Assembly (NCBI GenBank): GCA_963809665.1
Contig: CAWEKC010000001.1
Span: 6,852 to 70,851 of the forward strand
Origin: Candidatus Gottesmanbacteria bacterium
Lineage (GTDB): Bacteria > Patescibacteriota > Microgenomatia > UBA10105 > UBA927
Reading direction: 5' to 3'
Length of the DNA: 64,000 nt
The notes below the pieces were generated by a model. The model searched no databases. It was given only the letters and a program-made list of their open reading frames with translations, and was not told the DNA's origin. A program made the translations under genes and the position numbers. Shown piece by piece: positions 19,336 through 30,209 of this stretch. The stretch's first letter is position 1; the number at the start of each line of letters is the position of its first letter.

Positions 19336-20936
19336 TTATTTGAAAAATTTTATCACGGGAGAACCATCCGGATAGTACACGGTATCTATAACCCCCCGGG
19401 TAAATGCTTCATTCGGTAACCCTACAAAAAGTATTTTTTTCTCAGTATCAAGGAGTGATGTATTTATTGAACGGAATTGAACGTTTCCAACATGGTTACG
19501 CTGCTCTTCAAATCCTCCCGATACCGTTCCGCCCTGCCGGAGATAAACACCCGGGTCGGTGCGGCTATAGTAGAGGTAAAAAATATACGGAAAATCCAGA
19601 GAATTTGACACATAAACCGTATCGAATGAATCCTTCAGTGCAATTATTTTTTGCGTCATTTCGCGCCTTCCCACATACCAGTACGCCGCATCCTCTACGG
19701 GTAATATAATAAAATACTGATTCAGATAATACGTAAAAGACAAAAGTAATAATAAGGAAAATTATGATACGCGTGTATTTAACTTTCTCCCAAATGGTGA
19801 GAAGCCCTACTGCAGACACTATCTGAAATACGGGTAAAAATACTAACGTCCGAACGGGATGAGGTAGCTGAAGGGTAAATGCGGCAGCAACAGGGGAAAC
19901 AAGAATCCACCAGAATAACGCCGAAGACGAAGAATCCCATTTACGTACCAGCATATATAGCCCGACTAAAAGAAACGGTAATTCAAACAGATACAAAAGC
20001 CCTACGTCAGGAGCGCGGTACTTATCGATCGACTTATCTAAAAACAGGAAATTCGGGTCAAAATGAGAAAAATACCCGCGCAAAAACGTGATCGCGTATA
20101 TCACGCGACGGTTGTTGAACACGGCAAGCACACCGAGTCCTTTTTTCTTGATCGAGTGCAATCCGTGATACAGATTTTTTCAGATCCTCCGGATTGGTAA
20201 ACGCACTCACACCTGCCGCGCGCATTTGTCCCTGAGGCGACAACGACAGCCTGATAATCGGCAATAGGAGAATGAGGGCAATCACGATACCTAGTCCGAC
20301 TGCAATTTTTTGCTTCCATAATTCCTTCGCATACACAACTGCTAATCCCAGAACGAGAAGCGGCACGAAAATTCTTGCTGACAGATACGTCCAGATTGCG
20401 AGAGAAAATACGATAGCCGACAACAGGAACGCCCACCATTTTTTTAACCCAAGTAAAAAAAGGTATGATCCCGACACAACGAAAAAAACCGCAACATTTG
20501 CCTCATATCCCGCACGCGAAAATTGAAGCGACCATGGGGAAATGGCCAGTAAAAATGAGGCAATGAGGGCAAGACGGTGCGATAGTTTGTAATCCCAGCG
20601 CGAAAAAAGTTTTTTGGTGAAAAAATAGGTAACGAGGACCGTCAGTGTGCCGAATATTGCGGAAGGAAACCGGACAGAAAAGTCATTATATCCGAATATC
20701 TTCATACTGCCGGTTACCAAGTAGACATATACCGGCATTTTGTAATCATCGAATGACCGGAACGTAAGCGGATACTTAATACCGTATTCATCACGTCCGG
20801 TTTTGAGGATGGAATACGCGTTATATCCGATAGCTACTTCATCAGAATTAAGCGCCGGTGGAACGTCTGTTAATTGGTAAAAACGTAAAAATCCCGCCAA
20901 TAATACAATGAGAAAGAGCCACAGATATTTCCTCAT
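19336..20936 (-). pseudogene. PMT_2/GT39-like GT-C glycosyltransferase split by two homopolymer frameshifts (T6 at 20140-20145 and A4 at 19735-19738, plus-strand view)
   Basis: ORFs 20058-20936, 19565-20161 and 19336-19743 align in order with the intact paralog 6052-7701 (..DNRRIVYA../..LPHAVRTLVFLPVFQ../..FFLFYTKYDP..). Removing one A from the minus-strand A6 run restores ..LDQEKGLGVLAVFNNRR.. Removing one T from the T4 run restores ..TFVFTYYLNQYF.. Confidence 0.65.
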
Positions 20937-20940
20937 AGAA

Positions 20941-22482
20941 TTATTCTTTCATGCTTCTTATATCATATACCCCGACCAAAGGCACCCCATCAAGCGATAC
21001 CGCGTATATTGGTTTCTCCTGTTTTAAAATGCGTACGGCGAACGGGTCGGAATTAATAAATCCCTGTCGCATGAGGATAATCATATACTGGCATCCGTCT
21101 CTCCCTGCATTGAAGGTAACATCTGCGCTCAGTTGTCCCATTGCCTTGTAATAATATAACGCGTGCGCGGCAGGAGTGGTACACATTATTTTGTCTTTAT
21201 TATAGTTCATCCATGGCAGCATGCCTATATAAGAATTCCCCCAGAACTCCGACTCAAACCCCAAACGTGCAGCCCCCTGTGTACCGCCGACAAATTCATT
21301 ATAATATGCAGATTCCCATGGATGGATGCGGATGACCGATGTGTATACGGTATATACCCATAAAATAATTACCACTGCTGCCGCCAGAAGCCGTATACGG
21401 CCGCGTAAAAATCCTAAAACAACCCAGATGCCTCTGCCTGCAATAAGGCAAACGAACGGATACGCGGGCAAAAATAACCGGATCCAATCGTATCGGTACA
21501 CTCCGGGCAAAGAAAAGAAAACGATCGGAAATAACGCATTGAGAAGTATAAAACGGTCCCATATTCTTCCTTTTTGAACAGTCCAGAACGATCCGATGGC
21601 AAAAAATATCAGTACGAACGCGGGAGTTGTTACGAAAAACATAATCGGGGTGTACCACCAGGGAGCGGCAGCGTATACGTGTCCGAAAATATATTCCGGA
21701 ATGCTGCGGTAAATAAACTGTAACCGGAGATATTCTCCTAAGTGGGCTACCGGGGACAACCATAACCATGGCCAACCGATGTAATATACGGCAAAGGCAA
21801 CACTCACGACACAGAGGAGTTTTCCGGCAGCCCTGATGATTGTATTCTGCTTATATTTTGTATGTAAGAGATTCTTATATGTCCACAACCAATATCCGGT
21901 GACGGGAATAAACAGAAGAAACCCGTATAGTTTTGTGAGAAGCCCTAGTCCAATGCATACACCCGAAACCGTCATCCATAGATAGCTTTTCATACCTTTT
22001 ATTGCCGTTATTACGGCAATAAACCACAGTGCGGCAACTGCATAATCCAACGTGACAAGCGGAGTCAGAAACAATACATGCGGAAGTAATGAGAAAATCA
22101 GAGGCGTCAATATACCAATGCCATAACCGAACTGTCCGATTGCAATATACGTAAAAAGAAGGATAAACGGGAAAACAAACAGAAGCGACGAAATGCGATA
22201 TCCGCGGGTATTGTCGATACTTCGCAGTTTGTTCGTTAATATTTCATGCGTCACGCCGGCGATCAGTTTACGAAACGGCGGATGTATGTCGTCCGGTCTG
22301 GGCATAAAAAAATTATCCCTGTCTGAAGGCACCGGACGTTTGAACCATGCAACATACTGAACTGCGTAACGCATATAGATTGGCTCGTCCCATGTGATAC
22401 CAAAGTCATTCAGTACGATGAAGATAATAATGGTAACGAGGGATGCAACGGAAAACGAAACGACAAACCGTTTGAAATTCAT
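20941..22482 (-). CDS. PMT/ArnT-like GT-C membrane glycosyltransferase
   Basis: 513-aa polytopic protein with an acidic N-terminal loop ..DFGITWDEPIYMRYAVQYVAW.. followed by multiple TM helices, typical of GT-C enzymes that use lipid-phosphate sugars. Confidence 0.55.
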   Translation of the reverse strand: MNFKRFVVSFSVASLVTIIIFIVLNDFGITWDEPIYMRYAVQYVAWFKRPVPSDRDNFFMPRPDDIHPPFRKLIAGVTHEILTNKLRSIDNTRGYRISSLLFVFPFILLFTYIAIGQFGYGIGILTPLIFSLLPHVLFLTPLVTLDYAVAALWFIAVITAIKGMKSYLWMTVSGVCIGLGLLTKLYGFLLFIPVTGYWLWTYKNLLHTKYKQNTIIRAAGKLLCVVSVAFAVYYIGWPWLWLSPVAHLGEYLRLQFIYRSIPEYIFGHVYAAAPWWYTPIMFFVTTPAFVLIFFAIGSFWTVQKGRIWDRFILLNALFPIVFFSLPGVYRYDWIRLFLPAYPFVCLIAGRGIWVVLGFLRGRIRLLAAAVVIILWVYTVYTSVIRIHPWESAYYNEFVGGTQGAARLGFESEFWGNSYIGMLPWMNYNKDKIMCTTPAAHALYYYKAMGQLSADVTFNAGRDGCQYMIILMRQGFINSDPFAVRILKQEKPIYAVSLDGVPLVGVYDIRSMKE

Positions 22483-22485
22483 ATC

Positions 22486-23394
22486 TTATTGTTCCGGGAG
22501 ATCGAGGTTCCGATCGGGCGTATTAAAAAGACGGCGCTGGGAAATACGGTGATCCACTATCACGGGGAGATTCATGGCAGCCATACCATACCCCTCCAGC
22601 ATCGGAAAATCTCCGGAAAATATCGCCTGCAGTAATCTGACCGGAGTCCAAAATATGTGTGCTAAAAGAATATTTAAGTCGGTCACATTTTTCCATATAA
22701 AGATAAACTGGTTGCGGTATGCAATTTTTTTAACGTCAATGGATGTAAATTCCCGTTTAATTTTACCCTGTTCATGATAGTGACGAACAATACTCTTAGG
22801 TTCAAACAATGTCTTCCAACCGGCTTTCCGTGCACGATAAGACAAATCTATATCTTCCCAGTAAAACGGATTATAGAGCGTGTCCATACCACCGAGTTGC
22901 TCCCACATAGACCTACGGAAGGCTCCGCTGCCCCCTGAAACCCATGCTGTAGAAAGCAGGCCTGTGTCCCCGCGTGCGTGGATGTAGTAACCCTTTTCCC
23001 AACGGGCTATACCCCTGCCCCGTCGTATGGTTTTTCCTGACTCTTCGCTTTTCTCAAGGCATCCCACTGCAAATACATCAGGATCTGAAAAATGTGTAAC
23101 GAGGGGTGCTAGAAAATCGGATTCCGGCTCAACATCCGTATTCAAAAGTATGATAACTTTCCCCGTAGCGCGTGCGACACCTGCGTTAACATTTGATGAA
23201 AATCCCCGGTGTACATTCCCTGCTACAACGATGACAGTCGGAAAGTTTTTTTTAAGATAATGAACGGACCCATCCGTGGACGTATCATCAGCGACTATAA
23301 TTTCCGCTCCCGGTGCAGCCTTCAGTACGCTCTGTAGATGTTTCTCCAGGAGATACAATCCGTTCCAGTTGGGTATGACAATCGATACTCGCAT
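22486..23394 (-). CDS. GT2-family glycosyltransferase (RfbF/rhamnosyltransferase-like)
   Basis: ORF 22486-23478, with start preferred at MRVSIVIPNWNGLYLLEKHL... Has the ..IIVADDTSTDGS.. and DxD-type motifs of GT2. Confidence 0.65.
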   Translation of the reverse strand: MRVSIVIPNWNGLYLLEKHLQSVLKAAPGAEIIVADDTSTDGSVHYLKKNFPTVIVVAGNVHRGFSSNVNAGVARATGKVIILLNTDVEPESDFLAPLVTHFSDPDVFAVGCLEKSEESGKTIRRGRGIARWEKGYYIHARGDTGLLSTAWVSGGSGAFRRSMWEQLGGMDTLYNPFYWEDIDLSYRARKAGWKTLFEPKSIVRHYHEQGKIKREFTSIDVKKIAYRNQFIFIWKNVTDLNILLAHIFWTPVRLLQAIFSGDFPMLEGYGMAAMNLPVIVDHRISQRRLFNTPDRNLDLPEQ

Positions 23395-23413
23395 ATATGT
23401 TAGTATAACGTAT

Positions 23414-24706
23414 ATGAAGCCGCTGCGACAATTTACCCGTAATCCATATTTCCTGATCGCCCTTCTGATATTTCTCATCCATACATTTTTTATGTTTTAC
23501 AATCTGGAAAAATGGGCGTCATTCGGTTGGGATCAGGTCGATAACGCATGGGCGGCACTCCGTATTCTCGTTGCCCACAAGTATCCGTTACTCGGAATGG
23601 TAGCTAAGCAAAATAGTGGATTCAACATCGGACCACTCTACTATTATTTTGTATCGGTTTTCTATTTCTTTACCCGCCTCGACCCGATTGCCTCACCGAT
23701 ACTTGCAGGGTGCACGGCACTGTTCAGTTATTGGGTCATCTATGGAGTTTCGAAAAGGATATTTAATGAAAATGTTGCGCTGATTTCTTGTTTTATTTAT
23801 ACGTTTTCAAATTTCATCATACAGCGTGAACGGGTACAATGGCCTGTAAATTTCATCGCCCCAATAGGCCTTCTTATTTTCTTTTTCTTATATAAAGTTA
23901 TGACAGGAAATATGAAGTACATTATTCATTTGGCAGCTACCGTCGGATTGTCATTTCATATCCATTTTACGGCAATTTTTTACCCGCTTATCATTCTTTT
24001 ATCCCTGCCATTGGTTCCGATAAACAAAAAAACATGGAAATATATCGTCGGTGCCATACCGGTATTTACAGTTTTTATGATTCCCCAGGCAATCTATTAC
24101 ACGCAGGCAAACCATCAGAACGGACTTGGGAGTTACAGCACGTACGTAAACTCGTATTATCACGGCTTTCATCTGCAACGGATGCTTCAACTCTCCCACG
24201 ATGCATTTATTAAATTTCAGTCGATACTGGAAAAACCCTATGCAATACTCCGTAGCGCCGTATTCTTTTATATCCCTTTATTCTTTGCTGCCTATTGGCA
24301 AAAGGAAAAAAACACAAATCGGGTAAAACTTTTTTATCTTATTGTCGTATGGATTTTGGTACCGTGGGTTGTATTTACCACATATAGCGGAGAAATCAGC
24401 GACTATTATTTTAATATCCAGTTGTATATTGCGGTTATAATATTTGCCTATCTCACCTATTGGATCTGGGAAACGAAAAAAAAATTGCTGCGAATTGCAA
24501 TCAGCATATTCTGGCTCTACTTTACCGTGGTAAATATTCAGATATTTTTAAACACTCAGGACAGTGATTTTATTAAAAATAAAGTAGAAGTTCAGCAAAG
24601 TGTCAACAGCGGAATATTGATTAATTTTACAGACGGGGATCCCAAATCATATCTCGATTACTACTTTTCATATACCCAGCATAAACCGTTACCCTTCAAC
24701 CTGTAG
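23414..24706 (+). CDS. ArnT-like GT-C membrane glycosyltransferase (paralog of 4496-6055 and 41473-43008)
   Basis: ORF 23276-24706, with start preferred at MKPLRQFT.. at 23414. Loop ..WDQVDNAWAALRILVAHKYPLLGMVAKQNSGFNIGPLYYYF.. matches the paralogs. Confidence 0.55.
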   Translation: MKPLRQFTRNPYFLIALLIFLIHTFFMFYNLEKWASFGWDQVDNAWAALRILVAHKYPLLGMVAKQNSGFNIGPLYYYFVSVFYFFTRLDPIASPILAGCTALFSYWVIYGVSKRIFNENVALISCFIYTFSNFIIQRERVQWPVNFIAPIGLLIFFFLYKVMTGNMKYIIHLAATVGLSFHIHFTAIFYPLIILLSLPLVPINKKTWKYIVGAIPVFTVFMIPQAIYYTQANHQNGLGSYSTYVNSYYHGFHLQRMLQLSHDAFIKFQSILEKPYAILRSAVFFYIPLFFAAYWQKEKNTNRVKLFYLIVVWILVPWVVFTTYSGEISDYYFNIQLYIAVIIFAYLTYWIWETKKKLLRIAISIFWLYFTVVNIQIFLNTQDSDFIKNKVEVQQSVNSGILINFTDGDPKSYLDYYFSYTQHKPLPFNL

Positions 24707-24712
24707 CAGGAA

Positions 24713-26941
24713 TTATTTATACCGCAGTACGATCGTATGCTCTCCTTTGGGAACGAGTATCCCCTGAAACAGATAATTCGTCCTGTATATCGGAGCCGGA
24801 ACCGAATCGATGAATGCGCTCCATCCCGGATCAAACATATTTGTGATGACTACGAAAAGATCATTTGAAAATGATGATATCGCACGGATTTCGGAATCTG
24901 ATTCCGCCATGATGTCTATGGAATCATTCTGTTCAACCGTAGATTGCAGAACCGATACGTTGGTCTCAACAACCGCCTGCTTCGCCGGATTAAATGTCGT
25001 ACTATACAACAAGTCCATAACCTGTTGTCTTGATTCCGCAAATATAATTGAGTCCACCGGATATATCCGCGGTAACGCCTTTACGTACTGATAGATTTTC
25101 GTTTGACCTTCCTCGTAGACAAATTCCAAGTCTGGCCTCTTCATAGTCTCGAAGGACAAAACATATTTAACATTCAGAAGAGGAAACAACGGTGAATCTA
25201 TGGTCGGCGATGTGATAATACGGTTAAATCCGAACGGCGGTGTGATATTCGGTTCACGGCGGTTAAGCGCTGCGATAAATTCCTCATACCGCGCATCATA
25301 AATAGGGTCATATCCTTCAATCGATTCAATACCATAATATGCACCTACGTTCGGAGGCAGAATACGGTTATCCAGACTCATCACCCGAAACGGCCTTGTC
25401 TGACCCCGGAGAAATGAGATCACTTTTGTTGTCGGGAAAAAGTACGAAACAGGAGTAAAGGGCGTAAACTTCCACCCGAAACGGAACAGATCGAATATGG
25501 TTACGGCAATGATTGCAAACGTGAACAGAGTATTCCACCGTTTTTTGATAACAAATACAAACAATACTAATATGCTGCTTACCGCCCACAAGGCACTCGG
25601 TAAGATAAGGTTCCTTTTGGCAACATCCATATCCGGTATTCGCAGTACATAAAACCACAGACCCGTAAGTACAACACCTGTACATATAATACCGAAAAGA
25701 ATTTTTTTATCCGGCTTTTTAATATACACGTCCAACCCAAGTCCCGCCAGCATTATGAGACACACATCTACAAGAACCATGAGCCTCGTCGGCTGTAATG
25801 ATGAAAGAATTGGCAGATGAAACTGAAACGGAAGTTTTGCAACCGGCGTCGGAAGTAAAAAGATGAAAACGATCGCGCAACTCACCGCAAAGAACCTGGT
25901 CAACCGGTCACGGCGTACTATGATTGCGTAGAATGCAAAGAGCATAGGAAGTATGCCGATGTATCCGATAAATTCGCCATAATTCCATATCCCCGTGTAA
26001 TTAAGTGTCGCCGGATTACCGAAAAAATCCGGGGCAATAAATTGTACGAGATTCTGCCATGGCAAAAACCACCCGTCTTTAAGCCACGAAGATGCATCGA
26101 ATATGCGCGAACTATGAGTAATGATCTGCACGAGCGGCACCCACTGGATCGATGAAACTATTACCGCTCCTCCTAAAACGGTTAAAAGCCATAAAATATT
26201 GCTCCGTTTCGGCATGTTCCATATTTCAAAGAGTCCGTAAACAAAGGCAAAAGCGAAAACGTACAGGGCAACCTGCACATGGCCGGCAAATACTGCAAAA
26301 ACCGCCGACGCAATACAGAGTACCGACCAGATAATTTTCGTTTTCCTGTTATTCCCTTCTAAGATTTTATCTATGGAAAGTAATATGAGAGGTAACCAAA
26401 GCGCCGTCTGCACAATCGTTCCCCACGTCAACCACGCGATACTAAACCCGCAAAACGCCCATATAACGCCGGCAAACACCGAAACGGCAGGAAGTATTTT
26501 CTTGTTACGCAGGTAGAAATAAAGGAATAACGCCGCAAGAATCGGTTGGAGGATAATCAGGACGGTCCATGCAATATAGAAAGGCATAAACAGAAAAAAA
26601 ATATTTGCCGGATACCATGCCCCCGCCTGTATATTGGCCGCGAGCGGGGTGCCGGAAAAATTATACGGATTCCATAGCGGGAGCGTTCCGTTTTTCAGAT
26701 CATCAATAACCAGCTTTCTCCAGGGAATCTGCTGGCGGATGGGATCCGTAATGAGAAAATTTTTAAATGGAACGCCGGCGGGATTGGTCTTCGCTGCCTG
26801 ATCAAGCCACGGATGATATAAACCGATAAGCGTATCTGTAGGGACCGGCAATGTACCCAAACGAAACACCGGGTAAAAAAATGCCGCACAGACAGCGACA
26901 ATGATTGCCGGAAATAATAATCTTCGTACTAACTGTTTCAT
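24713..26941 (-). CDS. YfhO-family GT-C membrane glycosyltransferase
   Basis: 742 aa ending ..FDPGWSAFIDSVPAPIYRTNYLFQGILVPKGEHTIVLRYK*. This is the YfhO C-terminal domain, but it lacks the terminal TM helix seen in 27963-30209. Confidence 0.65.
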   Translation of the reverse strand: MKQLVRRLLFPAIIVAVCAAFFYPVFRLGTLPVPTDTLIGLYHPWLDQAAKTNPAGVPFKNFLITDPIRQQIPWRKLVIDDLKNGTLPLWNPYNFSGTPLAANIQAGAWYPANIFFLFMPFYIAWTVLIILQPILAALFLYFYLRNKKILPAVSVFAGVIWAFCGFSIAWLTWGTIVQTALWLPLILLSIDKILEGNNRKTKIIWSVLCIASAVFAVFAGHVQVALYVFAFAFVYGLFEIWNMPKRSNILWLLTVLGGAVIVSSIQWVPLVQIITHSSRIFDASSWLKDGWFLPWQNLVQFIAPDFFGNPATLNYTGIWNYGEFIGYIGILPMLFAFYAIIVRRDRLTRFFAVSCAIVFIFLLPTPVAKLPFQFHLPILSSLQPTRLMVLVDVCLIMLAGLGLDVYIKKPDKKILFGIICTGVVLTGLWFYVLRIPDMDVAKRNLILPSALWAVSSILVLFVFVIKKRWNTLFTFAIIAVTIFDLFRFGWKFTPFTPVSYFFPTTKVISFLRGQTRPFRVMSLDNRILPPNVGAYYGIESIEGYDPIYDARYEEFIAALNRREPNITPPFGFNRIITSPTIDSPLFPLLNVKYVLSFETMKRPDLEFVYEEGQTKIYQYVKALPRIYPVDSIIFAESRQQVMDLLYSTTFNPAKQAVVETNVSVLQSTVEQNDSIDIMAESDSEIRAISSFSNDLFVVITNMFDPGWSAFIDSVPAPIYRTNYLFQGILVPKGEHTIVLRYK

Positions 26942-27966
26942 CAGGTTACATCAGAAAGTAATGCATCAAATGTTTTTGTAAATGTAAGGACGCCAAATCT
27001 TTTTGAACGTTGCATCATTTCTTCCCGCAACCCATTCTGAGCCTTTATATCCTGAACAATATGCAGCGTAATTTCAAGGCATTCATCAGGTGTGGCCCAG
27101 AGGTTGCGGCTGACGATCTCTGACTGTCCCCCGCCGTTGAAAACCACCGGGATACATCCGGCAGACATCGCCTCGACTGTTGTAATACCGAAATGCTCCA
27201 TATGCTCCGGACTGGTCTGCCCAAATCCTGCCGCATGCCAGTACATAAGAGCCTCATTATATAAAGCCGTTAGGGTAGCAAACGTACAATTCGGGAAGAA
27301 CCGTATGGGCAATCCTTTTGCTGCCCGTTTTAATGAGTCAAAGTACGCTTTATCCGCCTCCAGCAACCCTCCTGCAAGTTTAAATTCAAACCCTTCAAGT
27401 TGTTCCGACTTGATTGCCTTCCGGAATATATCAATGAGTACGTCCTGTTTTTTAGCAGGATTAAACCGTCCGACGGAAACGATGACCTTATTCTTTGTAG
27501 TCCGCGTGTGTTTAATCGGTTCAACCGGCGGGTAAATAACAACGGATCGTTTGCCGATACGCGGATCAATATTGTCTTTCGTAAAAAATGAATTGCATAC
27601 AATGGCCTGAAAACGGAGCAATTTTATCGGGTGTACCGGGACATGCTGAAACGGTACCTGAAAATGCAGTATATTCCGTTTGGCAAATGTAGTCGGGATA
27701 CTCCCGTCCGTCAGAAAGAATATGAGGTCGTACCCGCGGCTAACAGCCAATTTTTTAAATACATTTTTGGTTTTAAATACGTTCTCCGTCGTCAGGATCC
27801 GTGTCAGATCAATGTGAAGACGACGTCCGGATTTTTCCAAAATTTCCGGATCATCCCAAAAAAGAAATACATCATGGGATTTCGACCAGTGGGAAGCTAT
27901 GGATAGAAGATACCGTTCCCCGCCGCTCATACTATCGAAGTAGGGACTGTAAAAACCAATTTTCAT
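26941..27966 (-). CDS. GT4-family glycosyltransferase (glycosyl transferase group 1)
   Basis: 341 aa with the GT4 E-x7-E-type motif ..EHFGITTVEAMSAGCIPVVFNGGG.. Confidence 0.7.
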   Translation of the reverse strand: MKIGFYSPYFDSMSGGERYLLSIASHWSKSHDVFLFWDDPEILEKSGRRLHIDLTRILTTENVFKTKNVFKKLAVSRGYDLIFFLTDGSIPTTFAKRNILHFQVPFQHVPVHPIKLLRFQAIVCNSFFTKDNIDPRIGKRSVVIYPPVEPIKHTRTTKNKVIVSVGRFNPAKKQDVLIDIFRKAIKSEQLEGFEFKLAGGLLEADKAYFDSLKRAAKGLPIRFFPNCTFATLTALYNEALMYWHAAGFGQTSPEHMEHFGITTVEAMSAGCIPVVFNGGGQSEIVSRNLWATPDECLEITLHIVQDIKAQNGLREEMMQRSKRFGVLTFTKTFDALLSDVT

Positions 27967-30209
27967 ATGCGTTTCGACAAATAGACTAACCCGGTTGCAC
28001 CGATGACACTAAGTATTATACCCCACAGGAATTCGCCGGGTGTGAATCTGAATTCGACCGTATGTTTCCCGGCCGGTACGGCAACCGCGCGGAAATCGTA
28101 ATCCGCCCTGTACACGGGTGACTGCTTACCGTCAATAAACGCCTTCCAACCCGGATCGAACACATCAGATAGAAATAAAAGTTTAGGCGAAGACGCATCG
28201 GTTTCTATCGTTACTTTATCGGGTGTATACAATTTAATATCAGCTGACCCTGACCCTGCTAGCGGTTCAACAGCAGGTCTTACTTCCAGAACGAGTGAGT
28301 TCCTCCTGTCAAAATCCCGGGCAAATAACGTATCGACTATATCTTTATCGGTTGTTTTCACTGTAAAGGACGATGCTAAAAATGCTCTGGGATATACGTT
28401 ATTATATTCAAATATTTCATACTTTTCATCGCTGTATACCTGATGCATCGATCCGTCGGCCAGGTACTCCCAATACGGAAAGACCCAAGGTGCTCTGCCG
28501 TCGCTGAACCGGTGGTAAATATATTTGATTCCTAAAAGCTGCAGCGCTTCAGTTTTATACACTCCGTATTTATCAAACTGTACGACCGAACGGCCGCCGG
28601 GATAACTATATCCCTTGGATACGGCATTGATGAATTCTCCATACCGCGCCTGGTATACCGCGTCATAACCGTCAACGAGCGGTATGTAAAATTCCGTTCC
28701 CACCTCACCGCTTCCGATATTACCGAAAACCCTGTCGTTGCCGACATGGGATTGAAGATAGGTCAACGATTTCACCTGCGGAAATATATACTTGCGCGGA
28801 TCAAACGGCATCCATTTTATGGCAAACCGGAGGATATCGAATACTGATAATCCAATAAGAGCGGCGATAACAATTATCCGTACTACTATATTCCGGATCG
28901 ATCCCAAAAAGATTAATAATGCTCCTGATACTATCAGCAGGCTCGGCAAAACGAAATTGTGAGTTGCGATAGAAAGCTTGTCGGGCGGTAATGGTTTTCC
29001 AAATAACAAAACCGTCCATGTAATACAGGTGAAACAGAGACACAAAACAGGAAAAACAATATGTAGTTTTTTATTTTTATTCAACCCGTCCAACCCATAG
29101 GCAGACAGAACTGCCAGAGAAAAACTGGTGAGAAGTATAATCCGCGATGCGGCGCTTCCCGAGAGAACGGGAATTTTTAACAGGTAGAGTAAATCATTGA
29201 CGGGCGTGGGCAACGCAAACAATAACGTCAGTATTGCTAGTAATGCAAAAAACCAGACTTCCCGCGATATTTTCTTTGTAATTGCAGAAATAGCCAGCAT
29301 CAACGGTACGACGCCGATAAATCCTGCCCATTCGGCATAGTGACCGAACCAGTCATTTCTCGTAACCGGATTTCCGAAAAAATCCGGGGCTATGAATGTC
29401 AGAAGATATTGCCAGGGTATAACCTCGCCTTTTAATACCGAGTCACTCCTTGATGACAGAGCATATGACCGCAGACCCAAAAGAATTTGCGGTGCGGCAA
29501 GAAGAACGCCGAAGAGAAGAAACCATAATGCCGTCCAATGTTTTTTCCAGAAGATATAGGCTAACGCCGCGCCGATAACATAGATGCTTACCTGAAAATG
29601 ACCGGAGACCAGTGATAATGCGATCCCGAGGCTAACGGCCAACCCGTTCTTTTTGTGAATGCCCCAAAGTATAAGAGGCAGGAACAAGGCGGCGTACCCG
29701 AGAGTACCGTACGCCATCCATACAACCATAAATCCGCAAAACATGAACGCAGTCGCCGCAAGAAGTGACGCTTCCCTGGATCTTTCCAGACTTCTCACAA
29801 ACAGATACATAAACAACCCGGCCAGAAGCGGTTGAAGGAGAATAAGAATGCTCCACGCGTCAATAAAAGGAAGAATAAAAAATAGCAGATTAAACGGGGA
29901 AAACACGGCGCTCTGATAGTTCCCGGCCTGTGCAGTACCGGAAAAGCTATACGGATTCCACAGCGGGACCTGCCCTGACTTCCATGTATCAACAGTCAGT
30001 TTTTTCCACGGGTAAATCTGTGTAATCACGTCCGGCATGGCGTTATTTTTAACCGGCATGCCGTATTCGCTGCTCCACGGAGGAAAAAACGTGGCCAGAT
30101 ACGTGGACGGAAACGGAACCAGCCCCTTAAAAAAATACGGGAAAGAAAAAATAAACCAAAGAAGGACAATAACGGATACCGGCCAAAATTTGTTAAGAAT
30201 GGATTTCAT
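27963..30209 (-). CDS. YfhO-family GT-C membrane glycosyltransferase
   Basis: 748 aa ending ..FLSDVFDPGWKAFIDGKQSPVYRADYDFRAVAVPAGKHTVEFRF.. plus a terminal TM segment. Confidence 0.7.
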   Translation of the reverse strand: MKSILNKFWPVSVIVLLWFIFSFPYFFKGLVPFPSTYLATFFPPWSSEYGMPVKNNAMPDVITQIYPWKKLTVDTWKSGQVPLWNPYSFSGTAQAGNYQSAVFSPFNLLFFILPFIDAWSILILLQPLLAGLFMYLFVRSLERSREASLLAATAFMFCGFMVVWMAYGTLGYAALFLPLILWGIHKKNGLAVSLGIALSLVSGHFQVSIYVIGAALAYIFWKKHWTALWFLLFGVLLAAPQILLGLRSYALSSRSDSVLKGEVIPWQYLLTFIAPDFFGNPVTRNDWFGHYAEWAGFIGVVPLMLAISAITKKISREVWFFALLAILTLLFALPTPVNDLLYLLKIPVLSGSAASRIILLTSFSLAVLSAYGLDGLNKNKKLHIVFPVLCLCFTCITWTVLLFGKPLPPDKLSIATHNFVLPSLLIVSGALLIFLGSIRNIVVRIIVIAALIGLSVFDILRFAIKWMPFDPRKYIFPQVKSLTYLQSHVGNDRVFGNIGSGEVGTEFYIPLVDGYDAVYQARYGEFINAVSKGYSYPGGRSVVQFDKYGVYKTEALQLLGIKYIYHRFSDGRAPWVFPYWEYLADGSMHQVYSDEKYEIFEYNNVYPRAFLASSFTVKTTDKDIVDTLFARDFDRRNSLVLEVRPAVEPLAGSGSADIKLYTPDKVTIETDASSPKLLFLSDVFDPGWKAFIDGKQSPVYRADYDFRAVAVPAGKHTVEFRFTPGEFLWGIILSVIGATGLVYLSKRI

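Noticed and set aside
13359-20936. Phase-variable on/off switching of the glycosyltransferases via the homopolymer tracts
   Set aside because: The runs involved are short (4-6 nt). Similar single-base lesions occur in ftsX and in non-repetitive contexts. That is more consistent with consensus error or decay than with evolved contingency loci, which usually use runs of 7 or more. It is kept only as a remote possibility.
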